Shown: positions 1 through 14,834, counted from the stretch's first letter. The stretch is DNA of 63,151 nucleotides from Octopus bimaculoides (GCF_001194135.2 NC_068984.1:118786319-118849469); one strand, 5' to 3'. A program made the numbers and translations. The notes: generated from the sequence alone by a model not told the origin.

Positions 1-116
1 CTCGGAGCAACCCCAAAAAACTGGTTCACCGGTCCAGCATCATTAAACTGTGGCCAGCATCATAGAATAGGAGCTTTACTTGCATATTCAAAATGTTTTC
101 CATACACAAATTTAAA

Positions 117-157
<41 letters not shown>

Positions 158-704
158 TACACATGCTGCTGGTGCTTTCAATAGTTTCTAGTGTATGAAG
201 GTAACTCATTCTCTTCACATAAACTGTTTATTCTTGTGACTGATCAACTAAAAACTGGATGATTTTCACTGCAAGTCAACAAGTTAAAATTATTTAAAGG
301 AGCAATGGATCTCACGTCGGACATTATTGTCACAAGAAGCGAAATATGATTAATTCATAGCTTTAAGATTTATTGATAATCAATGTGAGAATATTGCAAA
401 ACAAGTAAATGTTTGTTGAATGATTAAAAAATGAAAAAGATTAATTAATATTAAAATTTGTAAACTTAGATTAAAAAAACAGATTAATATTTCAATTTGC
501 AAATTTTTAGGGGAATAAACATGCAATTTATAAAGCAAGGATGGAATTTTATAGCAGATATAATAGAATTAGGAATGAAAGCAGCTGCAACAGTCTCATG
601 CTTAAATATTGAGCTAAATGTTATTTTTCATGGCCATTCTGCAGCTCATGATAGGTCAATTTATTTGAAATTATACAATGTTGTATGCACAAATACACAC
701 AAGT

Positions 705-743
<39 letters not shown>

Positions 744-1664
744 TAATCCCCACATCTACCAGCTAGATAAACAAGCAGTATACAGAGGCATATATACTCT
801 GTAAACTGGTTGGCATTAGGAAGGGCATCCAGCAGTTCCAACCAAGCCAAGATAGACTATTGAACCTGGTGTGACCCCTGGCCTTGCCAATTTCTGCCAA
901 GCCATCCAACCCATGCCAGAATGGAAAACAGACATTAAACGATGATGATGACAATGATGATGATGAGGAGGTACTCTAAAATCTTTTGGTGAACAAATGA
1001 ATCATTGTTTGTGTACCTGGAGATTACTTCAAAGATCCAAGGTCTTTCTATGAAGATCAAATTAACTCTCTAAACTCAGACAGTGCAAGATTCATTTGCA
1101 ATTATTTGTGTTCTTACCTTCCATTCTGCCAAAAGTTAATCTTACAAGCAAAGATGCAAAAATGGTAATGGCAATTTGTTCCATTAATGCACTAACAAGC
1201 GCAAAATAAAGACAATAGAATTATTTCTTTGTTGGCTGAATTACACTGTTATATACTATAGAGGACATAGTTGAGATTTATTGAATAACGTAAGAGGATT
1301 TGCAGCAACACTACAGATAATCATTATTACTTTCATAACTTGTAATGTCAGAAAGTATGGAGATAATTCTAAGCTGCTTGCGGATTTATGTTGTTAGCAG
1401 CGATCCCCAACAGACTCATAACAGTTTCAAGCTCTTTTGTGAGTTAATAATGGGCGTAAAGAATAAGAAACACAGTTTTACCACTCTAACAATGAACAAG
1501 TCATTATATCATTACAAGAAATCTGATTTCACTGAGATATCAAAGAAAAGAATCACAAAAATCCATACAACATTGATAAAGAACTAGTGGGAATAGCCAC
1601 AAGGAAAGAAGAAACACACTGCATTAAACACAATCTGATAAGCAAACGGAATATGTTATATCTT

Positions 1665-1970
1665 TATATATATACATACATATATATATATATACACACA
1701 TACATATGTATTAAAGAAAAAAGCAGGAATGTATGTATTTATAAATGTGTGTGTGTATAAATGTTTGTGTGTATATGTGTGTGTGTATAAATGTGTGTGT
1801 ATAAATGTTTGTGTGTATATATGTGTGCGTATATATGTGTGTATATATATGTGTATATATGTGTCTTTATATGTGTGTGTGCCTGCGCATGTCTATATGT
1901 GTGTGTGTGTGTGTATATGAGTGTGTGTATCTGTTTTTGTATGTATATATGTATGTATGTATGTATAAAT
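1665..1970. repeat. Compound (TG)/(TA) microsatellite; many shorter (CA/TG)n, (TA)n, (ATT)n, (GAT)n and (GAA)n tracts occur throughout (e.g. 3044-3140, 25467-25513, 57207-57263, 61540-61647, 62318-62392)
   Basis: Seen directly. Confidence 0.95.
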
Positions 1971-3041
1971 TAAAGGGAAAAAGAAGCAGGTAAAAAGGTA
2001 AAACTGTAGACGTGCCAGGGGAATGAACAATATTAACAATTTGAGAATAACTATGAAAAAAATAATATCAGAGAAAGAAAGAGGAAATAACTAATCATTA
2101 TCATGCCTGCAAGGCAATTAGAAGAGACTTTATAGTGAAACAAAAAAAAAACCCCAAAAAAGCATATTGTGAAACCTAATTAGCTGAGTATAGATAGAAA
2201 ATGAATGCATGAAATAATAAACATTGCAGAGTACATAAAAGGAAAGGAAAATAAATAAATAAGCAAATGCATTGAGATGGAAAAACAAAAAAGAAAGTAA
2301 TGTCAAGCTTTGCCATTGAGAGTACAAAAACTTTGTGAAATAAACTGTAGCGAAGATAATTCAGGATTGTAGGGGAAATATTATAGAATTAAGTAAAAAT
2401 ATCTCTGAAATTTTTCCCTAGTAAATGGTATAACAAACTATCTACTCATCATATTGATCTTTTTTTGGATGTTTTTACTCCTGAAAATTGAGGTAGTTTT
2501 ATTTTCTTATAAACATTTCACTGATACACGTTTACAGTATTACAATGATCCATTTGCTTTAGTTGATTAGTTTTTATACAACTAGATAACAGCCATGGAA
2601 AAATCAAATATTCAATTAGCAACAGTTTTGCTTTAGGTTTACTATTTAACATCATGACCATTTTGTCTTTTGTTTTTGGTTTTGGTATTTTTTTTTCTTC
2701 CTTGCAACTTAAAATTAGGATGCACTTTTTTTTTTTGACAAATTTTGGAGATTTCTAGATTGCAAGAGTAACTATTTTTTTTACAGCTAGATGCCTTTCT
2801 AAATGTTAAGCAATCAATTACATGCAAAACTTAATTTTGATCCAGAGCAAGCCAATAAAGGAACCTTTACATGAGATGCAGGCATGACTATGCAGTTAAA
2901 TAGCTTGCCACCCAACCATGTTTTGGGTTTTGGGTTCAATCCCATTGCATAGCACCTTGAGCTTCCATTAAAGCCCCAGGCCAATCAATGCCTTATGAGT
3001 CAATTTGAGATTTGGTATATGGAAATTGAAAGAAGTGCATT

Positions 3042-3129
<88 letters not shown>

Positions 3130-3554
3130 ATGTGTGTGTGATGGACTCTCCTGTCAAAGACAGCATATGAGTGTTCAGCTTTTGCTAAATGACCTGTGCA
3201 AATGATTTGTTTATAGTGATCAAAAGTTCATGCTGCATATCAGCTCATTCTCTCCATCAAATCAATGATCAATGTCTGAACCATGCATCAAGTGTCAAAG
3301 TGATCACAGAGCAATGTGAGATGAAGTGTTTTGCTCAAGAACACAATGTACCATCTAGCCTAGGAATTGAAATCACAATCAAAAGAACAGGAGTGCAATA
3401 CCCTAACCACTAGGCCACGCATATATATATATAGTCAATATTGAAGATGTAATTTCCTTGTTAGGGATTTTTTAAAAAAGCTGGATATTAACTGGTGTTA
3501 TCAATTTATATATTGAGAGAATGTTCTGCATATATATATATATANNNNNNNNNN

Positions 3555-3619
<65 letters not shown>

Positions 3620-4664
3620 TATTTATGTGTGTGTGTGTGTCTTGGTGTTTGTCCCCAACCACCACTTGATAACTGGTGTTGGTTTATTTACAACCCCATA
3701 ACTCAGGAGTTCAGCAAAAGACACTGATAGAAGAAGTGCCAGACTTATTAATAAAATAAACACTAGGAGCAATTCATTCAACAAAATCTTTCAAGTCAGT
3801 GAAGACATTCCAAAGACTGAAACAAGTGAAATAATAGAAAGATGATTGATAGATATGGTAGAAATAGCAGACAAATCTTCCCAAATTATTCATTACCAAC
3901 CTTAGAAAAAAAATAAAAATAAAAATCAGAATTAAAAATTCAATTCTTAAAAACATTTTGATTTCAAATGGAAAAATGCAAATTATTCAAATGGAAAAAA
4001 TGTAAATATTCATTCCAGATCTTTATCAGTTGGTACATAGATAAGCACTGATCAGCAAGCAAGTTGTTGGCTGAAAGTATAAACAAAGCCAGCAGCTTTA
4101 TTTTGGCTCAGAGTTCTAGCTGCTTCTAACTGATGAGACACAACATGTTGAGATACTGATGTCCCAGAATGCAGTGCAACAGTGAGTCAAGCATGCTGAA
4201 CACACTGTTGTTTTAAAATGGAAGAGTTATTCTCTTATGATGTATACTACTGCATCCTGTATATTTTGCATTAAAACCTGCTTAGATATGTTAATAATAG
4301 ATATGCAAATATTCATTCAATATCTCACTGGTGATGGTGCAAATAATGATTTTTTTAATTAAAAAGTTGACACAGGAAAGCACCCATACCAACGCCAAGG
4401 TTGAAAAAGATGATAACAACAATAACTGCACAAAACAGAGAATAAAAACATCAAAAACACACAAAAAAAAGAGAAAGCAAGAGTTTTGCTAACAAAATCT
4501 TACACAAATACAACCAGATAGCACAAACCTTCAGAAGTCACTCATAACTAAACGTAATAAAGAAAACTGGAAACAGCAGCCTAAATCCTTTAAATTATAT
4601 TTTGCTGGCTTAAAAAAAGGAAGGGCACATGAGATAATACAATCCTGGGTATAGGCATAAATGT

Positions 4665-5105
4665 GGCTGTGTGGTAATATATTTGCTTCCCAACTATATG
4701 GTTCTGGTTTCAGTCCCACTGTATGGCACATTGGACAAACGCCTTCTAGTACAACTCTAGTCCAGCCAAAGCCTTGTATGTGGATTTGGTGGATGGAAAC
4801 TGAAAAAAGCCCATCACACACACACACACACAAACATATTTTATACATATGCATGTGTATACGCATATATGTATGAATGTATGTATGTATGTATGTATGT
4901 GTTTTTGTATTTGACTCCCATCACCACTTGACAACTGGTGTAGGTTTGTTCACATCCCTGTAACTTAGCACTTCAGTATAATAGGCCAATAGAATAATAA
5001 CCAGACTTTAAAAATAAATACTGGGATTGATTCTTTTGTCTAAAACCCTACAAGGCAGTGCTCCAGCATGGCCACAGTCCAATGACTGAAACAAGTAAAA
5101 GCTAA
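4665..5105 (+). mobile_element. Family A SINE
   Basis: Collinear with 6296-6700, from the head to the gactgaaacaagtaaaag tail. Confidence 0.8.
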
Positions 5106-5329
5106 AAGGTACAAATATATCATCTATCAAATCTGACCGTAGTATAAACAAACAACAAAGACATTAAACCAAAATGGAGTGTGGAGAGAAACAACAACAT
5201 GTTCAGACTCCTAAACTGCACTTCCTAAGATAAACCATGGTCTGATGGAATATGCAGCATGGTCCCCAATGATGGAATATGCAGCATGGTACATAAGATG
5301 CACTGGAACTGTGCATTGCACATTACTTA

Positions 5330-5655
5330 CTGGCACTCTGTTGCTTACAACAATGAGGGTTCCAGTTGATCTGATCAATGGAACAGCCTACTCATGAAAT
5401 TAACATGCAAGTAGCTGAGCACTCCATGGACATGTGTACTCTTAAACGTAGTTCTCTGTGAAATTCACTGTGACACAGAATGTGACAAAGCCGATCCTTT
5501 GAATTACAGGCACAATTCATTTTTGCTAGCTGAGTGCACTGGAGTAACATGAAATAAAGTGTCTTGCTCAAGGACACAATGCACCGCCAGAAATCGAACT
5601 CACATCCTTACAATCATAAGCCGAATACCCTAACCACTAAGCCACATATCTTCAT
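5330..5655 (-). mobile_element. Older family C SINE copy
   Basis: Collinear with 42962-43336 (gggttccagttgatc...gaaattaac.tgcaagt.gctgag...accctaaccact). Confidence 0.75.
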
Positions 5656-6295
5656 GGATTGCACATAGTTAATCAACTAACTACTCATATGCTATGGGCC
5701 AGCATGACCAAGATTAAAGACGGCTACACAACAACAACAACAACTATTACTTAGAAATGGAGCCTGTTGTCAACCAGGCAGCAGAAAATGAATGCAGAGA
5801 TGGGTGTGTATCCTCATCATTGTTTTAAACATCCACTTCTCCATGTTTGCATATTTTGGGCAGAGATTCATTGAGGCAGATTTTCTAAACCTAGATGCCC
5901 TACTTGTCACCAACCCTTACCTGTGTCCAAGCAAGGAAATATTTGAATATTTCCTGATGGCGAGACATGTTTTCATGGAGGATTGGAAATGAATGGTGAC
6001 ACTCATTTACAACTAATGTGCAATGTCAGGATGGACACACACATACATACACACACACACACACACATACATGCACACGCATGCACACATACACACACTC
6101 AAAGATAAAAATATATATTCAAAGAGGTTAAAAATATATAATCAAAAAGCCAATGACTGAAGCCAGCAGCATTCATTCAACTAAGTTTTATGTTCATGTA
6201 ATTGGTGTTTGCTGGTCTTATAAAACAGGTGAACATCATATAAGACATTACTAGTAATTACATTTTCTGTATTTATTTTTTTTGTATATCGGCGT

Positions 6296-6700
6296 AGGAG
6301 TGGTTGTGTGGTAAGTAGCATGCTAACGAACCACATGGTTCCGGGTTCAGTCCCACTGCGTGACACCTTGGGCAAGTATCTTCTACTATAGCCTCGGACC
6401 AACCAAAGCTTTGTGAGTGCATTTGGTAGACGGAAACTGAAAGAAAGCCGTCGTATATATGTATGTATGTGTATATGTTTGTGTGTCTGTGATTGTCCCC
6501 CCCCCCCCAACATCGCTTGACAACTAATGCTGGTGTGTTTACGTCCCCGTAACTTAGCGGTTCGGAAATAGAGACCGATAGAATAAGTACTAGGCTTACA
6601 AAGAATAAGTCCTGGGGTCGATTTGCTCAACTAAAGGTGGTGCTCCAGCATGGCCACAGTCAAATGACTGAAACAGGTAAAAGAGTAAAAGAGTAAAAGA
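6296..6700 (+). mobile_element. Full-length tRNA-derived SINE (family A, internal microsatellite)
   Basis: A box-like TGGTTGTGTGG and B box-like GGTTCAGTCCC, conserved body, internal (TA/TG)n, and a (GAGTAAAA)n tail. Confidence 0.85.
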
Positions 6701-7837
6701 GATATAAATACACACACATACACACACACACAAATATGATAGGCTTGTTTTAGTTTCCTTCTACCAAATTCACTCACAAGGCTTTGGTTGGCCCAAAGTG
6801 CCATGCAATGGGGATTGAAGCTGAAACTACATGGTTGGAAAACAAACTTGTTACTACTCAGCTATACCTGTGCCAACATCCAAGGACAAACATAAAAACT
6901 GTAATAAGATTTTTAAATCTATACAAAGTGAGTGGTATTCTAGTATTTTAACCTCCACAGCTTTTATAAGAATATAATTAGAGTATCAGAATCTGCTATC
7001 GTTTAGTAAACATTAATGAATATTATTAAGGAAAATATTTTCTGGCTATGCAGCTTTTCATGCTATTTCCTTTATGTGTGAATGTAATTAATTACCAAAG
7101 AAATAGAAATATTAGATTATTCGATCTCCTAATGTTTATCTCTATTCATTGAACTTCCCAGTACCACTTAACATGACTTTCCTGAGGTTTTATTTCAATT
7201 TATTTTACTTGTGAAAAATCAATGTTTTATGCTGCATTAGCTAAATATTTGGTCCTTGTAAATTCAAAATGGGAAAAACTTGAGAAAGAAAAATGTTTTA
7301 AATGCTAGCAATCAGAACCAATAAATGTCATATAATTGGTATGATATCAGTTAGAATAATTGATAAGGATGAAATCGTTAAAAGTCTTGTACTTTATTAC
7401 TGTCTAGCTAACTCCCCAACCTACATAGATCAATAAGAAGACACCTAATCTTGTATACTATAGATATATAATCACGTAGAGGAGAAGTAAGAGGAAAGGA
7501 AATTTAGAATTACCAAATGACAAATGTCGATATCTAATGAGTAACATTGACAGAAAGAAACTATAACATGCATAGCAGGAAAATAATACTATGGACAATA
7601 GCAATCTAGATCACACCTGTATGGATGGGAAAAACCATGTTTTTAAATAGTCTTAAATGGTATGGTGGAGAATGTGGGGATATCTCTTTAACCTTGTTTC
7701 AATACAATTAACAAAAAGGAAATATGTATACGTTCATACATAAATGTATGAACATACATATGCTCATAGTTATGGAGCCAGTGTCAGTTTCAAAGAATAA
7801 GGGATACAATCTGTTCAGTCAACGGAACTACTCCTTC

Positions 7838-7889
<52 letters not shown>

Positions 7890-8044
7890 CGTACAAATAT
7901 AGGATGGACCAAAAGTTATGCACCAAATGAGTTCAATGTGTTTTGAAATTGTTAGACGTTTCGAATTTTCTCAGATTTAATACAATAAATAAAATAATGA
8001 TGAATACACAAGTAGTTGTACATGATGAACAAAATGAATAATGA

Positions 8045-8476
8045 TAATAATCATTTCTACTCTAAGCACAAGGCCTTGAAAATTTGGGGGGAAGGGGGAA
8101 AGTCGATTACATCGACCCCAGTGCATAACTGGTACTTATTTAATTGACCCTGAAAGGATGAAAGGCAAAGTCAACCCCAGCGGAATTTGATCTCAGAACA
8201 TAGCAGCAGACGAAATACTGCTAAGCATTTCACCCAGCATGCAAACTATTCTTATGTCTTTACTGCCCACAAGGGGCTATACACAGAGGGGACAAACGGA
8301 TTAAGTCGATTATATTGACCCCAGTGTGTAACTGGTATTTATTTAATCGCTACCGAAAGGATGAAAGGCAAAGTCGACCTTGGCAGAATTTGAACTCAGA
8401 ACGGAACGGCAGACGAAATACCGCTAAGCATTTCGCCCGGCATACTAACGTTTCTGCCAGCTTACCGCCTTACGTA
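8045..8476 (-). mobile_element. Two adjacent family B SINEs
   Basis: Copies at about 8045-8245 and 8255-8476, both with the gcctttcatcctt..ggggtc core. Confidence 0.8.
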
Positions 8477-8495
8477 NNNNNNNNNNCCGCCTTAC

Positions 8496-8530
<35 letters not shown>

Positions 8531-9026
8531 CGCATGCCTGCATGCGTGTGTGTGTGTGTGTGTATACACACAGTGTACACTGCAAGTGACTGTATAACCT
8601 ATAGACACTGAAATTGCTTAACCTAATACTCAAACAAACTCAATTTTGAATTACAAGAACAATTGACTCAACAGGCTTCCACATAGTTTTTTTTTTCCCC
8701 TTTCAACCTAATTACATTTGCTTGGCTTGAATCAACACAAGACTATGGTAAAAGGCCAAAGTAGCCAAGTTGTAAAAGGTGAGCAAAGAAAACATAACAC
8801 TGCATCAGGAAACTGAAATAATACAGTGTTCAGAAAGTGATAAAAAAACCGAAATGGTAGTGTGCATTGATATAACATTGGCTTTTCAATGATTTATCAC
8901 ATTAAGAAAGCAAATAAGCATTTAAAACAATTTATGGTTTATTCAGAGACAAGTAAAAGTGTTGATGTGTAGCAAACACTTTTAAAATACAAAGTCTCAA
9001 ACCTAGATGTTGTATGCAGTGTTATT

Positions 9027-9292
9027 CTAACCCTTTTGATACTAATTCACCCAAAACCACTCTTGGTTCTATAGTACAGACTTCTTGTCTTAATGTGATC
9101 AATTTGAAAATTTCCCATTAAAATTTCATGTTAATTTATGTTACAAAAAACAGCTTAATAATGACACAGTTATTTTACTATATTCTTCATTATTTTTTAA
9201 TTTAATTGAAAGAATGTATTGAAAGAATATAAGTTGAAAGAATGTAAAAAAAACAATGTATTTTAACAGAAGTATGCTAACAGAAGAATTAA
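9027..9292. mobile_element. piggyBac-type MITE (single copy)
   Basis: TAA-CCCTTTTGATAC left end and ...GAATTAA right end. Related copies at about 14468-14700, 46975-47365 and 53553-53762. Confidence 0.65.
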
Positions 9293-9867
9293 GTGGTTTA
9301 ATGTAAAGTAAGTTGAAGGTATGCCAATTTCAGACTCAACTGATATTGAAAAGGCCAAGCAGCTTCACAAAGCTATGAGTATCATAAAGAAATATTTGTT
9401 TATAGATGGGAAGCTTAGAAACTTTGAAGTAGCTGAAAAATGCAGTTACATATTTAATGGCCTGGTTAAAAAAGAAAAACATGATCCTGTTGGATTCTTT
9501 TTTTGTTTTCGTATTTGTTTTGTTTTTTGAGTTATTTTTTTGCTTTTTAGGATAGAGTTTCAATACATTGACAAATTTGATTATTTGGGGCTACTTAGAT
9601 TCCAAGGGTATCAGATTACTGGAATTCAGCTCCAGCTTAAATGAAAACATACATATAAACAGAATGATAATACCATAAGCAATTTTATGAAGTTCACTTC
9701 CCAGCTACATGGTTATGAGTTCAGTCCCACTGTGTAGCACTTTGGGGCAAGTGTCATCTACTCATTTCATGTTAATTTGTGTTCCAAACACCAGATTAAG
9801 AATAATATAGTTATTTTACTAGATTCTACATTATTTCAAGATTAATTTCTTCAAAAGAAATATTGGT

Positions 9868-10240
9868 GCAGGAGTGGCTGTGTGGTAAGTAGCTTGCTTA
9901 CCAACCACATGGTTCCAGGTTCAGTCCCACTGTATGGCACCTTGGGCAATTGTCTTCTACTATAGTCTCGGGCCGACCAAAGCCTTGTGAGTGGATTTGG
10001 TAGGTGGAAACTGAAAGAAGCCTGTCATGTGCGTGTGTGTGTTTGTCCCCCCAACATCAATTGACAATCAATGCTGGTGTGTTTATGTCCCTGTAACTTG
10101 GCAGTTCAGCAAAAGAAAACGATAGAAAAAGTACTAGGCTTACAAAGAATTAGTCCTGGGGTCGAGTTGCTCGACTAAAGGCAGTGCTCCAGCATGGCCA
10201 CAGTCAAATGACTGAAACAAGTAAAAGAATAAAAGAATAG
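9868..10240 (+). mobile_element. Family A SINE
   Basis: gcaggagtggctgtgtggtaagtagcttgc...gactgaaacaagtaaaagaataaaagaat. Confidence 0.85.
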
Positions 10241-11613
10241 TGACAAAAGGGTCAATTTAGCAGCTGGTCCAAATGTACCACATAGCCCTTGAGTCCCTTC
10301 AGCCAAGTTCATTTTATTGCCATCATTCAAATTAAGAGTCCAGCCTGTAGATAATGAAACATTTTGATGTGCTGCTTCCTAATATTGTATCCTACATGTT
10401 GTGGCTTCTTTTTTTCTTTCCTTCATCAGTCTTGAATGACCTGCATAAAGCTATTTGTCTTTTCCATTCATTCACTAAATCGCAGATATGATTGTGTGAT
10501 TTAAGAAGTTTGTTTCACAACCATGCAGTTTCAAGTTCAATCCTGCTGCATTGCACAGTGGGCAAGTATCTTCTTTAACCCCATGGCAACCTATACCTTG
10601 TGAATGAATTTGGCAGGTGGAAACTGTGTGGAAGCCTGGTGTGTGTGTATGTGTGTTTGTGTTTGATCCCACACCAACTGATACCCAGTACTGTAACTTA
10701 GTAATTTGGCAAAAAGAACTGGAGTTAGTTGGTTCAACGAATCCTTTCAAGGAGGTGCCTCAACATGGTTGTAGTCCAATGACTGAATCAAGTACAACAG
10801 TAAATGATCATACACATACGCACACATGCACACACACGCACACACATACACACACACACATCTTTTCTGTTATTTCAAATAATAATTAAAGAACACATTT
10901 TCTGACATTTTACTCTTCAGCATTCACTTTACTTTGTCAGATGGAATGGTTATTGATTCATGTTGCTTTTAATTAATCATGCATTATTTTTTTTCAGTTT
11001 TAAGATTTTGCTGATGTGATTGTTTATTTTTAGAATGGCATTGTAGGGTAAGTGTGAGAGGCCAGATCTGGTCAGGTTGAACATAAAACAAATAGAATAT
11101 TATGGCTTGATATGACTGGTTTTTAAATGTTAATGACTAACGCAATTATAGTGACATAGTCCCTATTGGTTTTGAGTCAAATCATCTTGAGTAAATCTGG
11201 AGATATATGCATTAAAATGAAATTAAAATAGATCGTATCACTTTACTATGGTCTCTCCATAAGATTTATTCCTTTATCCAATGTTTGAACCAAAAACAAA
11301 GAGCGAAAAGAATATGTAAAAAGGAAATAAAAATAGAAACATTTCAAATGTTTGAATGTCATTCTTTCTATCGACCTCTTTTATTGAAACCAAGGATTTG
11401 ACTAGCCATCCTGATACAGATAGAACAGCTGCCTATTGACTAAACACAACCCCAAAAAAATCAATAAGTACTACAAAGTCAATATTACATATAAAACTAG
11501 AATACAACACTTAACTACATGGCTGTTATAAAGAGAAGGAAGTCATTAAACGAGTATTTAGACAAACGGCCTTGGTAGAGATGTTAAATTTGTTTCTCTA
11601 AGTAGTGATAGCA

Positions 11614-11659
<46 letters not shown>

Positions 11660-11660
<1 letters not shown>

Positions 11661-12066
11661 TAATGTCCCCGGATGCATGTCCCTTGGTGGCTGATGATAT
11701 GTGCATCTCTGATCATGAGCAGAAGTAGTGGAGGAGCATCATAGCCATGTGTTGAGAGGAATTCTTTGAGGTTTGAATAAGTCACCTTTGGAAACATGGG
11801 TGTTTTGCTCAACATCCTTAAACGAACCTTATTCAGGGACCTTTTTAGCAGGATGGGCTACTCGACCTGAAGAAAGTTCTAACTGGGCCCCACCTGTGAG
11901 GTCATGTGCTATTTATCTTGATATGAGATTACCATGTCGTGCACATATGGTTGTGATGCATGTGCCTGGTGTACCCTTATCAGACGGGTAGTCATGATGG
12001 GTATAATGGGCTTCGTATATTTTACCCCAGTGTCACTTTGAAGGCATGCACTGCTTTCTCACTCAA
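11660..12066. mobile_element. About 400 bp GC-richer interspersed element embedded in a (TAA)n microsatellite
   Basis: Flanked by (TAA)n on both sides (about 11615-11663 and 12065-12085). No ORF. Probably a retroelement derivative that targets microsatellites. Confidence 0.45.
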
Positions 12067-12084
12067 TAATAATAATAATAATAA

Positions 12085-12300
12085 TGGTTTCATGTTTTGG
12101 CACAAAGTCAGCAATTTTGGGGGAGGGCATAAGCCAATTACATTGATCCCAGTGCTCAGCTGGTTCTTATTTCTTTGACCCCGAAAGGATGAAAGGCAAA
12201 GACGATTTTGGTGGAATTTGAACTCTGAATATAAAGACAGACGAAATGTTGCAAAGCATTTTGCCTGGCATGCTCACAACTCTGCTAGTTTGCTGCTTTA
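12085..12300 (-). mobile_element. Family B SINE
   Basis: Same core. More degraded copies at about 12575-12870. Confidence 0.7.
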
Positions 12301-14834
12301 ATAATCATTAGCATTTAGCACCCACTTCCCACACTGGCATGGGTTGAGCCAGAAAGCTGCACCAGGCTCCAGTCTGGTTTGGCTTGGTTACTATGGCTGG
12401 ATGCCCTTCCTAACACTAACAACTCCAAGAGTGTAGTAGATGCCTTGTAAGTGTCACCAGCTTGAGTGTCTTTTACATGTCACCAGCACTGGCCACAACT
12501 ACGATTTCACTTGACAGATCGTCTGAAGCACTGCAATGGCCAGAGGTCTCAAAAAATGGTAGCAATTATAATAATCCTTTCTACTAAAGGCACTGAAATT
12601 CTGTTGGGAGGCGCTTGTGAATTATATCAAACTCAGTACTCAACAAATACATATTTTATTAACCCTGAAAGGATAAAAGGTGGAGCTGAACCCAGTAGCA
12701 TTTGAAGTCAGAATATAAAACTAAAAGAAATATTGCTAAGCATTTTGTCAGGTAGGCTCATGATTTCTAATGTAGGCACAAACCCAACAATTTTGAGGGA
12801 AGTTGGTTAGTGAATACCTTAAATCCCAGCACTTGGCTAGCATTTCATTTCATTGACTTAGAAATGATGAAAAAAATGTCTTTCCTTTTATTTTTTTATG
12901 ACAATAGAGCATACTTGGAGTTTGTCTGCCACCTCTATCGGGTCAAGGGACTGTATAGAAGCTCTCTGGTAGTGTATGTGCATGTTTCTAGACATCTGCA
13001 GCAGTAATAGTAAAGACAAGGGTTTCTAATTTCAAAAGTAGCAACTAGAACAACAACCATATCTGTAAATGTGAGAGATTTCATGTGGTCTCTCAATCAG
13101 TTTAGAAATACCAGTCAAATCACTACCTCCTGTCTTAATAAAAGAAGAATACACTAAACAATGAAGTCCTAAATACACAAAAAGTTTGTCTGATAAGAAT
13201 TATCTGGAGCTGAATAACACCAATCCAATGAAGACAACTCCATGTTATCACTCAACACGCTAGAAACAGCAGTCAATCTCTTTCAAATAGAGACACAATA
13301 GATAATGCAATCTTGAGTGCATTATGCATCCAGGACTGCATTTTATCCATTTTGGCCAAAAAGGAAAATGATGAGAATACATTTAGAGTACATTTAGTCA
13401 TATCTCTGGTTATTTAGGGCTGAATTGGGACTAAATAATAAGTTGGAATTGTCGAGTCAGCAAAAAAACAATTTTCTGTTCCTTACATTAAATCAATTCT
13501 CTGACTAAAATCCACTGCATTACTTCAGCAAGGATCTTGAATATGGCAGATACTAACAAAGAGTCTACAATGAATCCTGTCTGCACTATTTCCTTTCTAA
13601 TCATAGATCTTTTGCCAATAAGAACTTTGTGCAGCTGTGTTGTGGTAGCTTTTATTTGTTACAACTAGACAAAGATTCACAAGAGCCTGACAATTAATAA
13701 GTGGAAAACTAGATCAAGTACTTTAATCGATGTAACTGATGAAGCTTTTGTATGATATGAATACAAACTTTCACAGGCAACAGTGTCAGTATTATTAAAG
13801 TGTGTCCTATTTATGGCGAGAAACCACTACGGGGGAGAGATTATTATTTGATTGGAATACATTCAACCTAAATTTAAAAGTACTTTCATTAACAGAAACA
13901 AGCTGCTAAAATGCAAAAACGTTTCACTTGTAGTAATAGATTATACTTTTATAGTGTATGAAAGGTTAATTCAATAAATAGCAATGAATTTAGAATAATA
14001 TCAATTCATTAGAGTATCACCTCTATATTTTGTGCTTGTTCCTGTGTTATATTTTGAATGGCTTATCTTTTGATAATCATCATGAGTCAAATTTCTAACT
14101 ATATTATGCATATCATTGAACTCGGGTTAAACCATTAATTCTAATGTATGGCTCCAATACACTTAATCATTGTGGCACCTGAAGACAGAGAAGTAACAAA
14201 CGGAAATGAAATAGAGATAGACACACAAAAGACAAAGTGAATAGTATAAGTTCATACTAGCAGTGTATGGAAACTCACTTCATGTGTATAGATAGTGAAC
14301 AATAAGTTTACTCTTAACTCACCTATTTGTATCATCCTTATATTCAAACCAGTTATCAACAATGGCAAGGTTTGGGTACTTTCTTGTAGCAGCAGGCAAA
14401 GAAGCAAAACCCTTATTCATAGTTTTGACCAAATAACTGACTTGTTATAAGCTATTTTATCAAATTATCAACCCCTTTATTCCTATATTTACGTTGGAAT
14501 ATCCTGCCTTTGCTTCAATTAATTTTGAAGCCAAGGAAGAATTTATTTAAATAACTTTATCATTATTAAGCGAGTGTTTGGAATATAAATCAGCATGAAA
14601 TTTCGATGGAAGTATCGGAATTGAATGACTTTAAAACATGGAATTTGTATTGTAGAAGTAAGGAAAGTTTTAGGTGGGTTGTTATCAAAAGAGTTAACCT
14701 TTTTGATACCAATTCACATGAAATATTGATGTAACAAAAAATTTTTTAAATGTTTAATAATGTTATCTGCAGATTTGTTGATAAAACATTATTAAATTTT
14801 CATTTTAATTAGATTTATGTAGCTATATTTACAG

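Noticed and set aside
5244-5290. 20-bp direct repeat encoding MEYAAW, resembling the CR1 LEYxxxxWSP motif
   Set aside because: Too short to assign a LINE fragment.
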